A stretch of 20,000 nucleotides of DNA from Catajapyx aquilonaris. Taxonomy: Eukaryota. Below, piece after piece: positions 12,001 through 20,000 of this stretch. Made by a program: the position numbers and the translations under genes. Below the pieces are notes generated by a model. The model was not told where the DNA came from, ran no database searches, and saw only the letters and a list, made by a program, of their open reading frames with translations. Within the stretch, counting starts at the first letter, position 1; the number at the start of each line of letters is the position of its first letter. The stretch covers positions 168,333 through 188,332 of the forward strand of contig KZ538019.1 of assembly GCA_000934665.2 (NCBI GenBank). The letters are read 5' to 3'.

Positions 12001-15000
12001 CTATTAGTGGAGTAATTCCATGCCAAGACGGACAAGTTGGTGGCTAGACCATCTCAGATTTTGATATAAAAAATTATGTGCGTACACACACATGAATTGT
12101 TGTCAAAAACAAAATTGGATCCTCTCAGGTGAAAATCTCACGGAGATATGGCAACGTCTTTCAGAAACAATGGAGCCGGAAGAACCATTTATTTCAGGTG
12201 GAGTTATTGTTTCACCCCCATGTTCATATATATCAAAGGAGCCGACGTGAGATGAGGAACATTTTGGTGACAATAGTTTTAAGCTTTTAACCTAACACGT
12301 AAAATAACAATTTGAAAAAAAATCGCATTATTGTGCAAAACGGTCAGATTTCATATGGTCCTATGTCATTATTAAACACATGCTAAGCCTGTGGAATTAA
12401 TATGGTAGGTACATTATCTTCTGATCATTACTACTGTAGACACACATCACAGATCAAGCAGTCTTGGAGATAATAAATCTTAAAGTGTCTGTTTTCCCCT
12501 AATTTGGTCATTTTTGGGGTCATTTTGGTCAATGTGGGGCTGGGTCGATTTTTACTGTAAAAATCGACCCAGCCACACATTGACCAAAATGACCCCAAAA
12601 ATGACCAAATTAAGGGAAAACGGACATTTCAGGATTTATTATCTCCAAGACGGCTTGACCTGTGATGTTTTCCTCTGCAGTAGTAATTATCAGATGACAA
12701 TGTACCTACCTTATTAATTCCACATGCTGAGCATGTGTTTAATAATGACAGTAGACCATATTATGAAACCTGACCGTTTTGCACAATAATGCGAATTTTT
12801 AGCATTTTTATTTTACATGTTAGGTTAAAACTATTGTCACCAAAATGTTCCTCATCTCACGTCGGGAACCGACGTTTGATATATATGAACATGGGGGTGA
12901 AACAATAACTCCACCTGAAATAAATGGTTCTTCCGGCTCCATTGTTGCCGAAAGACGTTGCCATATCTCCGTGGGATTTTCACATGAGAGGCTCTAATTT
13001 TGTTTTGGCAACAATAAATTCATGGGTGTGTACGCACATGATTTTTTATATCAAAACTTGGTGGCGTTTGCGAGGCGGGGCGGGGGCATAATTATGTCGT
13101 AAAGGGCGGGGAGCAAGCGTGTCGCAGGCGGAATTTTTTTGTGGGTTCAAGGTCACACGAGCTTAGGTGAATGTGAGAGATTTGAATGGGTGTGTACAGT
13201 ATTTGATGATCCTAATTTGCAGATTAAAATTTAGAAAATATTTCACTTCCTACGGTTGGGGGGGGGGGNGGGGGGAGGGTCGTGACCCCCCTTGGATCCG
13301 CCCCTGTCAACATATGCTGAACGAACTGGAAAAACCAGGAATAGGGAGTAGGAAACTAACTAGTGAAGCTTGTGATACTTTCTTGACCACAATTTAGTTC
13401 GCATTACATTTTGGTGCAATACTGCCCTAAGCCATTTTTTCACACGCGGCCACCATATTTTGTTCATTCTGAGAGTGGGTGGTCCATCATCATCATCATA
13501 ATAGCACATATATGTTCCTTATTAGTGCCTTGTATATTGGGGTAGAAATGAAAATTGTCACATGGAAAAGGTGATTTATGGGTCATCTCAAACTTTCAAA
13601 TGCGTTTTTCTCAAAATCTGGTTTGGGAGGGTTAGGGCGGTATTGCACCGACCCCTTCAATTAATTAATTAATGACATGTTTTTGATAATCTACGTATGT
13701 AAGGCAAAGTTTCTTTGATGTTTTGTTTGCCCATGGCAACAGCATTTTGTTGGTGATTACCATGGAAACAAGCTGTGTGAAGAACGGGCTCTTCTGCTAG
13801 TCATTCTATTAAATAAAACAGTATCATTAGAAACATTTTAAAAATTTGCCAGAAATTTAGTTTTTCTTTATTTTCTGGAAAGTAACAAAATTGCACTTAT
13901 CCTGTTTGCATCAAACCCTTCAATTGAGGATGAGGACGCAGGGCACTGCATGACTAACTGATGCACACCTGCAACTGCACCTGCTGAACATTACCTGGTT
14001 CCTAATTCATCTGCATACTTTATCTTCCTGATTGCAGATGCCTGCTTTGCATTTCATTTCCAATAATAAACCCATCCCACTGCAAGCTATTGCACATGTC
14101 ATGCTTCTGACCCCATAACTGAAACCAGAATCACTGGTAGGAGGCTTGTTGGAACCAGGGATGGAAAAAGTACCGCTTCCTTCCAAGAAGCGCTTCTTTT
14201 TTCCATGTGCAGGGATAGAAAAAGAACCGCTTACCGCCCAAAGAAGCGGTTCTTTTTCCATCCCTGGTTGGAACACAAACTTATGAACTATGCAGAAGCA
14301 ACAAATGTGGACCAAGTTAAATTGATGCAGCGGTGTATATGTGATCCATAAGGCATAAAACTATTGCTGTTAATGTGCGAGGACAAATATGAGTCACCTT
14401 TCTGTGCTGTAATGACAAAATTTGTACTGAAGTTATTTTTCATAGGAGCTGAATATTTCTTCAAAATGTGTAACATTTACCTAATTCACAAGATTTTATC
14501 ATGTTGTGTCAGGCAAGCAATTATGTTATTTTCTGGTTTTTGCCACATTAGGCACTTGATGAAATCCAGGCTGGGTTGGACTGTTTACCACATAAGGAAA
14601 CAGAAGAAGAGCGCGAGTCAGGCAGCATCAGCAGTTTCACCTCTGACCTCCTCATCACTATGAAGGCAATGGGAAACAGATACAACAGGTTGAAACAGGA
14701 GCTGGACTCAGAGCGAAAGACCAGGCAAGCTCTGGAAAGCAAACTCCATCGTCAAGGGCAAGCTCTGGTTGATTTAGCTCATGAGGTACAAAAGTTGCAG
14801 GCGAGTCAAATTAACTTGATGAAGAAAGTGTCGACTGTGAGGATTGGGCAGAACTCCTCTTGCACTTTGTCAAGTGATGAAGAGTCACCTGTGATGCCTA
14901 GTAGGAAAGATGGTGGGAAGCCAAAGGGAAATTTGCCTGTGAATCGTGGCAGTGAGCAGAAATATGAAGAGCAAATGGGTCTGACTTCTATGAAGTACAA

Positions 15001-15241
15001 GCGTGATTTCCCCATATTCAAGCCAGATTCACCCCAGGATATTCCAGATATGAAGCCCAATGATGCATCCCTCAGCATGGCAAGTGATTTCACAGAGGGA
15101 ACAGAGTATGCCGAACTGGCAGAAGGCCATAGTGACTCCAGGTTGAGGGTCGTTGTTGACACTGACGACGGAACTGATCCCAGCAAAGTGGTTATACTAC
15201 TGGCTCCGCCCAGACGTTGGAAAGGTGGACTTACAGATTGA
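5896..15241 (+). CDS. SPICE1: Five-exon gene, join(5896..6048,6243..6437,8427..8619,8691..8866,14552..15241), 468 aa; spindle and centriole-associated protein 1-like (SPICE1/CCDC52)
   Basis: All four introns are GT..AG and phase-compatible (0,0,1,0), giving an open 1407-nt CDS. Collinear matches to human SPICE1 as I recall it: VRPRCGP ~ VRVNRCGP; PPWN|SNVSNLNIYRPTVSELERRKQVMASRN ~ [42 protein letters not shown]...[37 protein letters not shown] ~ QGLTGFTLSLV...[43 protein letters not shown] ~ AVLLTPPRQ. Confidence 0.85.
6243..6437 (+). CDS. SPICE1: SPICE1-like coding exon 2 (SNVSNLNIYRPT...MVQEFEQ)
   Basis: Acceptor AACAG|TCT at 6241-6242, branch-like CTGAC at 6208-6212; 65 codons; donor CAG|GTCAGA at 6438; lies within ORF 6162..6461. 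Confidence 0.82.
6725..7499 (+). mobile_element. Internally deleted, degenerate mariner (Tc1/mariner) element in intron 2
   Basis: TA flanks at 6723-6724 and 7500-7501; degenerate ~65-bp TIRs (agttccaatgagttgtgaa...aacaagag vs its reverse complement at 7441-7499, ending ccctcg|ta). Broken transposase 6897-7407: APTKCEVRCVIRFLQA..AADIHRR, HDEEGQGRKS, LGYHKHYAQ*V, then FKNNEELKKCV...FYEESIQK...YDK*VNRDGDYVEK*. Confidence 0.9.
7629..8377 (-). mobile_element. Mariner-derived fold-back element made of two inverted 5' ends
   Basis: TA|CATGGGCTGATTCATAAGTCATTG...GAACTTTGCTAAGTTTTGAAGCTC (7629-7716) is inverted at ~8287-8377; inverted similarity continues ~7790-7935 vs ~8105-8250. Minus-strand peptides WTTQELAFMCGTS, GLRKLASS and HLELHGNEGDGFLKRFVTMDDTW are mariner motifs (FLxRIVTGDETW). 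Confidence 0.85.
8427..8619 (+). CDS. SPICE1: SPICE1-like coding exon 3 (DVDSIMKRSTQALEG...GINKYK)
   Basis: Acceptor ATCAG|GAC at 8425-8426, phase 0; donor AAAA|GTGAGT at 8620, phase 1; in frame with ORF 8442..8771. Confidence 0.78.
8691..8866 (+). CDS. SPICE1: SPICE1-like coding exon 4 (KGSTKSVPTY...HMNGLRK)
   Basis: 71-bp intron 8620-8690 with CCTAAC branch site and TTCGCAG acceptor, phase 1; donor AAG|GTAACG at 8867, phase 0. Confidence 0.8.
9110..9309. repeat. Partial MITE-like element with reiterated TGCACTCCA/TGGAGTGCA motifs
   Basis: Small hairpins at 9134-9161 and 9244-9267; further motif copies at ~9111, 9167 and 9222; ends TTCGACCCCTG (CAGGGG-type terminus on the minus strand); no partner end found. 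Confidence 0.45.
9320..10021. mobile_element. ~700-bp mariner-derived fold-back MITE in intron 4
   Basis: Arms 9320-~9620 and ~9722-10021 are inverted copies (GGTGTGTTCAAATTA...TAATTTGAACACACC) in TA-rich flanks. Both arms encode a frameshifted mariner N-terminal HTH: MDLSKHAQLAIILF..(E/Q)GTSPVDIVHWMQKVHGNVCFNHN. Confidence 0.88.
10405..10475 (+). mobile_element. Left end of a PIF/Harbinger-like MITE
   Basis: TTA|GGGGTCGTCCATAAACCACGTGACC followed by TTTTTGACCCCTCCCCCC, a typical terminal layout of this type; no convincing right TIR. Confidence 0.5.
10910..11495. mobile_element. Non-autonomous TIR element with AATT TSD (Sola1-like), right half duplicated
   Basis: 32-bp TIRs at 10910-10941 and 11464-11495 (3 mismatches); AATT at 10906-10909 and 11496-11499; extra internal right TIR at 11291-11322; direct repeats 11006-11069 and 11345-11408. 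Confidence 0.8.
11076..11246. mobile_element. Truncated hAT/Charlie-like MITE fragment nested in the 10910-11495 element
   Basis: Present in the first copy of the internal duplication and absent from the second; ends AAAAGATTAAGAATCTCTG (cf. CAGxGGTTCTCAACCTT-type TIRs) followed by CTTTAGG. Confidence 0.5.
11808..11993 (+). pseudogene. Acidic N-terminal transposase remnant (SDSDDPDVGESSEDPDFNPDDD)
   Basis: ATG-initiated ORF ~210 bp inside the left TIR; acidic tract with a DPD(F/Y)xP motif, common at the N-termini of piggyBac and Sola transposases; ends just before the nested palindrome. Confidence 0.5.
12059..13056. repeat. ~1-kb near-perfect palindrome with a 1-nt spacer (fold-back TE derivative)
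   Basis: Centre GATTTTTAC-T-GTAAAAATC at 12556; ~500-bp arms are reverse complements from TTTTGATATAAAAAAT (12059) to ATTTTTTATATCAAAA (13056). Confidence 0.95.
13057..13306. mobile_element. Right-end fragment of a GC-rich CAGGGGCGGATCCA-type MITE
   Basis: Ends G-run...CCCCCCTTGGATCCGCCCCTG at 13306; directly abuts and truncates the right arm of the palindrome; N at 13269. Confidence 0.55.
14156..14266. mobile_element. 111-bp hAT-like MITE with perfect 8-bp TSD
   Basis: TSD GTTGGAAC at 14148-14155 and 14267-14274; 24-bp TIRs CAGGGATGGAAAAAG(T/A)ACCGCTTC (1 mismatch); internally a tandem of two hairpin units. Confidence 0.88.
14552..15241 (+). CDS. SPICE1: SPICE1-like terminal coding exon 5 ([11 protein letters not shown]...coiled coil...[14 protein letters not shown])
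   Basis: Pyrimidine-rich tract and CATTAG|GCA acceptor at 14550-14551, phase 0; contains the longest ORF in the window (14576..15241) with a heptad coiled coil; TGA at 15239-15241. Confidence 0.87.
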   Translation, partial: [229 protein letters not shown]

Positions 15242-15297
15242 TTTACCAGATGTATTTTACATTTATTTACACTATTAAAGGATTATACGGTTATGAC

Positions 15298-15303
15298 AAT
15301 AAA
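15298..15303 (+). terminator. Candidate polyadenylation signal AATAAA for the SPICE1-like gene
   Basis: AATAAA 57 nt after the stop codon, ATTAAA at 15274-15279, T-rich sequence downstream. Confidence 0.5.
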
Positions 15304-18300
15304 AGTTTTACCATTATTATGGGTAATTTTTTGTGCCAGTGATGGCTACTTTCTCTCAGCAACATGATTGGAGTGTTTTAAAAGTGTCTGCAGTGAAAAA
15401 GTCGTTACAGTGAAGGAACCTATTAAGTGTGGCAGTACTTTAACTTCCATCATGACTCATAATGGCCCTTTGAATGACCCAGGTAATTACAAGCTTTGAA
15501 ACTTTTTCACCAAAGTGCATACTTTGGCATGTAGTGACATTAAACTTACCCTTGGGTGAAGGCTAAGCAGTAATATCCACAAGCTTTTTTTGTTAGAATA
15601 AATTTTACAATACTAGCATGGTGAAGGTAGCATTAATTCAAGGCCTGCGATATATTCAGATTCATTACGTGCTATTATGGACAGCAAATTAGGTAGTAGT
15701 CATATAAGACCACGTAATATGCTGAAGTACCTTATGAAGAGAATATAATACTGCATGTGGCGAAATAGCCTTGGTCCTTATGAGCAGAAGTTGAATGGAT
15801 CATTATGAAGCACTGCTGATTTTAATTAAGCAACAGTGCGAGCTAAATGGAGTGGAATTCTGTGGCTTCTTTCAGCATTACATGCACACAGATTCAATGC
15901 TGACCGCCTGTATTCCTGCATTCTTCGTGTCATGCGGTCAGATTTATATTCAATGCCATCAACTTTGATCAAATAAAGTTTATGCAGTCATTATAATTAA
16001 GGAGAATGGAAGCGGGATATAAATAGCAATTTCGCATGCCATTTAAAAACTTTTTATTACACAACTCTCATAGAAGTTTAATTAGTGGAAACTCTAGTTG
16101 GAATTCATTCCACTGCTGACTTTTTGTGAAGGAATCCTACATAGTTTAAAGTTATCCTGCACAAATCTCTGGTGCAGCAAAATGTCCCACGCTTTTTTTC
16201 TCTCCAAAAAAGAACCGGCTCATTAAAAACTCTTATTGTGCTTTATTCAAGGATAACAGAGCACTGTTCTCCATGAGAACTTGTCAGACACAACCAGCTA
16301 AAGAAGCTGCCTGTCTGAAGGGGGTCCTATACCTTGTTGTCACTCCTAATATATTCACATTTCACGGATGCATTGTCTGGAAAAGCATCAGCAGCCGGCA
16401 GAATCGCGCAGTCATCCCAACCAATAATAATTGCCGGCCCATAAATTCCTGTCGACATCAGCCGCAGGCCCTTTTCAATGAGCCGTATAACTAATTGCCA
16501 AAACGCTACTTGGAATAACAGACGGGGAAGCACAACGAGCCCTTCATATCGATCTACGATGCAATAATTAAGTGAAGAAGTCTCAGTAAATTCACTTGCC
16601 TCTTTAGGAAAAAAGCCGTATCTGCAGCATGGGACAGGGGCGACATCGGTGGCGTACTTAGGGAACTACCAATTTTGTAGGAGCTGTCAGTGTCATTTTT
16701 GAACACACTGATTGCAGATGCGGTTTTTTTGCAAAGCGGACTAGAATTGTATGGCTTCTATGGTCGTAAAATGACGAATTTCGCGAATTTCTGGCAACCC
16801 AGCTACAGGGTTGTAATTTCACCGCACGCACTTAGAGCGAAATCCCTGCTACTAAATCAATATGATGTCCGCTTTACTGAGGGGGCCTGTGTCTCGGTGT
16901 TAATTTCCAACATAGCTTCAGCACTGGAACTTGGCATGGAATTCGCATACTCCAGGCTTCCAAGAGCATTCCGGATTTTGCACTTCTCGTTTGGCGAATA
17001 TTCCCCCTCCCGTGCTCGAATCTCTCCCTTTGCCGACTGCGGTTATCCGATTTTCCGGTTATCAGGAACTGGTTCTTAATCTGCCATTTCCGGGGGAATT
17101 TAATTGCGCTTCCCATCCGTTTGCGAAGGGCCAACATCATTGTTGATGATGAAGCTATTCTCATCAATTAATTTGATTATCTATTAGGGGCTGGAGAGAG
17201 TAATTTTGTTGCATTTTTGTTTGTAAATTAAAATGGACTCGACTGTACACCGTGCAAGTTAAATCGGACGGTTTCGAGCTAAAAATGGGAATGAGTCAGT
17301 CGGTTTTAAATAGTGCAGAATCTATGCATTGATGGTGCGGGAACTATTGGCAAATAATTGATTCAGTTTGCCGGCACTCCACTCCAACTATCGGCCGCAA
17401 ACTACTCTGCAGGACATGAATTAATACAAAGTTCTATAGCGCGACATGCAGTTTATACACTCAAATTTTGATCGCACTTGAAAATCGCCTCTTGATGTAC
17501 ACAGCGCAGAGTCGCACATTAATGTTTAACGTAATTTGCATTTGCAGGTAGCACATTTCTGGCAAAAGCAAGTACTCCATTATTTAGATATTATGACCAT
17601 GGCGAAATTTCTGCATAATTGTAACAAAACTACAGGCTGGCATCAAAAATTATGTTCTCAATTCCAGGAAGTACATGTTTGCAATTTATTAATTGTGCAA
17701 ATTGTGCGACAATACAGGGTATTATGAAATAGAACTTTGTCGTGTCTTCGGTTTTTTCTTTACGCCAATCATTAGTCTTGTTTACGACTCAGCCTTAACT
17801 TTTCACCTCCTAAAAAGTTGATCCTGGCCCAACAGCAGTTCTTGGTGCCTTCCATTTCGGAGATTCGCAAACTCCAGGGATCGTTCACGTCTGATGAGCA
17901 GTTCCACAGGAAGTAAAGTCGGATTAATTGCAGTGTAAGTAGGTCTTGTAAATGCCCAACTGGGGAGAGAAGAAAAAGTCTTTTGCTACTTGCCTTCGAT
18001 AGAACCAAGTCGGTGCTGCTGGGGGAGGCTATCGACCCGACGACCCCCAGAGTTCGTCGTCGTTTCTTCGAATGGGTCTTAACCGCCGCTAGAAATCCTC
18101 CCCGATTTCTTTTCATGTCTTTAATGCCAGGGCTTGGTAAACTACTCGATGGATGACTCGTGACAGATAAAGAAAAAAAAAAGGATATGGCAAAGCACTT
18201 TGCTAAGTAACTTGCATTTATAGCATGGCTTCTATAGCCCCATTTACAGTCAAAAACATTATAGTTGAAATAACCAAAATAGGGTTTCATTCCCTGAATC

Positions 18301-18562
18301 CGTAGCCAAAATTAGGCAAAACCTATACGTACAGTGACAATCAAACTGACCCGCCGATTTACCACTTAGCAGCGTACTATTTTTCACGCAGAGATGGCGC
18401 ATACTCCATCTGCACACTCCTGCCACCCTCAGGTCGTGCGAAAGATAGTGAATGATACTATCAGGTCGGACAAACATCAGACTGAAAGAATAATAGCATA
18501 TTAGGAGAAATATGTTGGCTTGATTAGTGCAACCCTTTGTTTTTTCCAGTGTATATGTTGTA

Positions 18563-19025
18563 TATGGGGCTAAATTGTTTTAGCCACTTTATCCTGGTCT
18601 TGAAGCAACCCTTCGCACAGGCTTCACGTTGAGCGGGTGTGTGTGGGTGGTCTTGTCTTCAATAAGGTCTGGGGACGGAAACAGGTGTGTTACTGTAACT
18701 CTGGGGACGTTGACCCAATTGTGGGGACATTTTGGTCCCCACAGCTTGACCCACGAGAATATCACCGTTACAGTGGGGACATGTCCCCACTATTTCGTTT
18801 TGCAGGGTTTCACAAAAGTCCATTTCTCTCAGCCTAGGTTAGTTAGGGTAGGTTAGGTTAGGTTAGGTTAGGTTACGTTAGGTTACGTTAGGTTACACTC
18901 GCTACGAAAAGTTCAGTTTCCACGTCCCCACACCCTAGTGAAGTGATTCGAGCTGGGTGTGTGTGTGTGTGTGAAGGGTTGCTTCAAGACCAGGATAAAG
19001 TTGCCCAAACAATTTGAGCCCCATA
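18563..19025. mobile_element. Composite inverted-repeat element: outer ~57-bp IR, inner GGGGAC/GTCCCC element with TTAGG tract
   Basis: Outer IR 18563-18619 / 18968-19025 (TATGGGGCT...CTTTATCCTGGTCTTGAAGCAACCCTTC); inner IR TGGGGACGGAAAC (18670-18682) / GTTTCCACGTCCCCA (18916-18930); flanking (GT)n tracts. Confidence 0.75.
18835..18895 (+). repeat. Interstitial arthropod telomere-type (TTAGG)n tract with TTACG variants
   Basis: About 12 pentamers, GGTTAGGTTAGGTTAGG...GGTTACGTTAGGTTACGTTAGGTTA. Confidence 0.9.
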
Positions 19026-19907
19026 GGAGCAACCTGCCGGATGCATTTGTGCGTGTTCAAATTGATTCGTGTACTAACCGCCTAATTTATTATGGAGTTA
19101 CGTGCATGGTATCGGGGGGCTATAGAACGCACCTTCTAATTAATTTCTAGTTTCTTGGCCCGGTGCACGCACGCATAAACTTTTGCTATATCTATATAGG
19201 TCTGCACGGTATAACCTGTGGGGCTTTGGCTAGAAAGTCACAAGCGGGCGTTTAATAGTCTATAAAAAAAATTTCATGGTTGCTTATACGAGGCCTTGTG
19301 AAAGGGAAGCAGTGCATACAGGGGGCTATATATACTCCTTTATCAAATTATCAGACTACATATTCCTCATTCTCGACAAAGCGACTATCATCTGCTGTGT
19401 GTAGTCATATCGCTGTTGTGCATACAGTAAGTGCCGGGTGTTGCGCATATATGATTATAAATGAATATGCCGATATTTCAGCTTCCTGCAGGTGTAGCAT
19501 TCGAGTCGAAACTCTGTGTGTTGATAATATGGAAACTGCAGCGCTGCTCTAGTTGCAAATGTATTCCCAATGCGTGCTGCAAAATGTCAAATGTGCGACG
19601 TCGTCTTGTCAGCTCCCGTCCCTCTGATTTGCTTCTACATGGCTTTCGAGCTGTGACACTAGCGGCTGGTTTATTTTAGCGAATTCTGCAGTAATGGTGT
19701 GCACTTCCCCTTTGAAAGGTCATGTACTTTTGTCAGCCTTTTATCTAGACTTCTAGAGAGATAGCGCTATCTTGAATGTTAAATCACTACGTATACATTT
19801 GCTTCCTAGACTTTGTGTCACTGCATTATGCGACAGTTAAGCTTTTGATAGGATATAGCCTATGCCCTATACTTAGCCTTATACTGTACTGTATATGCGG
19901 TATTATA

Positions 19908-20000
19908 CAGGGTGTCTATTGTAACTCTGCAAAGACTTTCAGGGATAATAGAGGGGACCAAGACAAGTATTTTTGACATAGGAACCCGTGTCCGGAAACG
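19908..20000 (+). mobile_element. Left end of a Tc1/mariner-type MITE running off the window
   Basis: TA|CAGGGTGTC terminus followed by ...ACTTTCAGGGATAATAGAGGGGACCAA...; right end not in the window. Confidence 0.6.

Larger units (their letters stand above)
11596..13658 (+). mobile_element. 2063-bp TIR element with AATT TSD (Sola1-like) hosting nested insertions
   Basis: 30-bp TIRs GAAGGGGTCGGTGCAATACYGCCCTAACCC at 11596-11625 and 13629-13658 (1 mismatch); AATT at 11592-11595 and 13659-13662; internal TIR-motif copies at 11777-11790 and 13413-13430. Confidence 0.85.

Noticed and set aside
14156..14266. CRISPR-like or terminator-like repeated hairpins
   Set aside because: Eukaryotic context, only two units, no unique spacers; the TIRs and 8-bp TSD explain it as a MITE.
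14806..15186. 126-aa minus-strand ORF (also 14548..14742)
   Set aside because: Antisense shadow of SPICE1-like exon 5.
18835..18895. True telomere or chromosome-fusion scar
   Set aside because: The tract is short, single-orientation and embedded in an inverted-repeat element with ordinary sequence on both sides.

Overview
Eukaryotic, most likely arthropod, genomic DNA, judged from spliceosomal GT-AG introns, mariner remnants and an interstitial (TTAGG)n tract. One host gene can be reconstructed by hand on the + strand: join(5896..6048,6243..6437,8427..8619,8691..8866,14552..15241), 468 aa, with phase-compatible splice sites throughout. It looks like a compact SPICE1/CCDC52 (spindle and centriole-associated protein 1) homologue, with an RFX X-box-like motif upstream of the ATG. 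Its introns are packed with class II transposon derivatives. These are an internally deleted mariner, two mariner-derived fold-back elements built from two 5' ends, two AATT-flanked (Sola1-like) TIR elements, a ~1 kb spacerless palindrome nested inside one of them, and a 111-bp dimeric hAT-like MITE with an 8-bp TSD. Downstream is a nested inverted-repeat element carrying telomere-type TTAGG repeats. I could not assign 1-5000 or 15400-18500 to any gene. I see no prokaryote-type system (CRISPR, operon, etc.). Homology calls rest on recalled family motifs, not on database searches.
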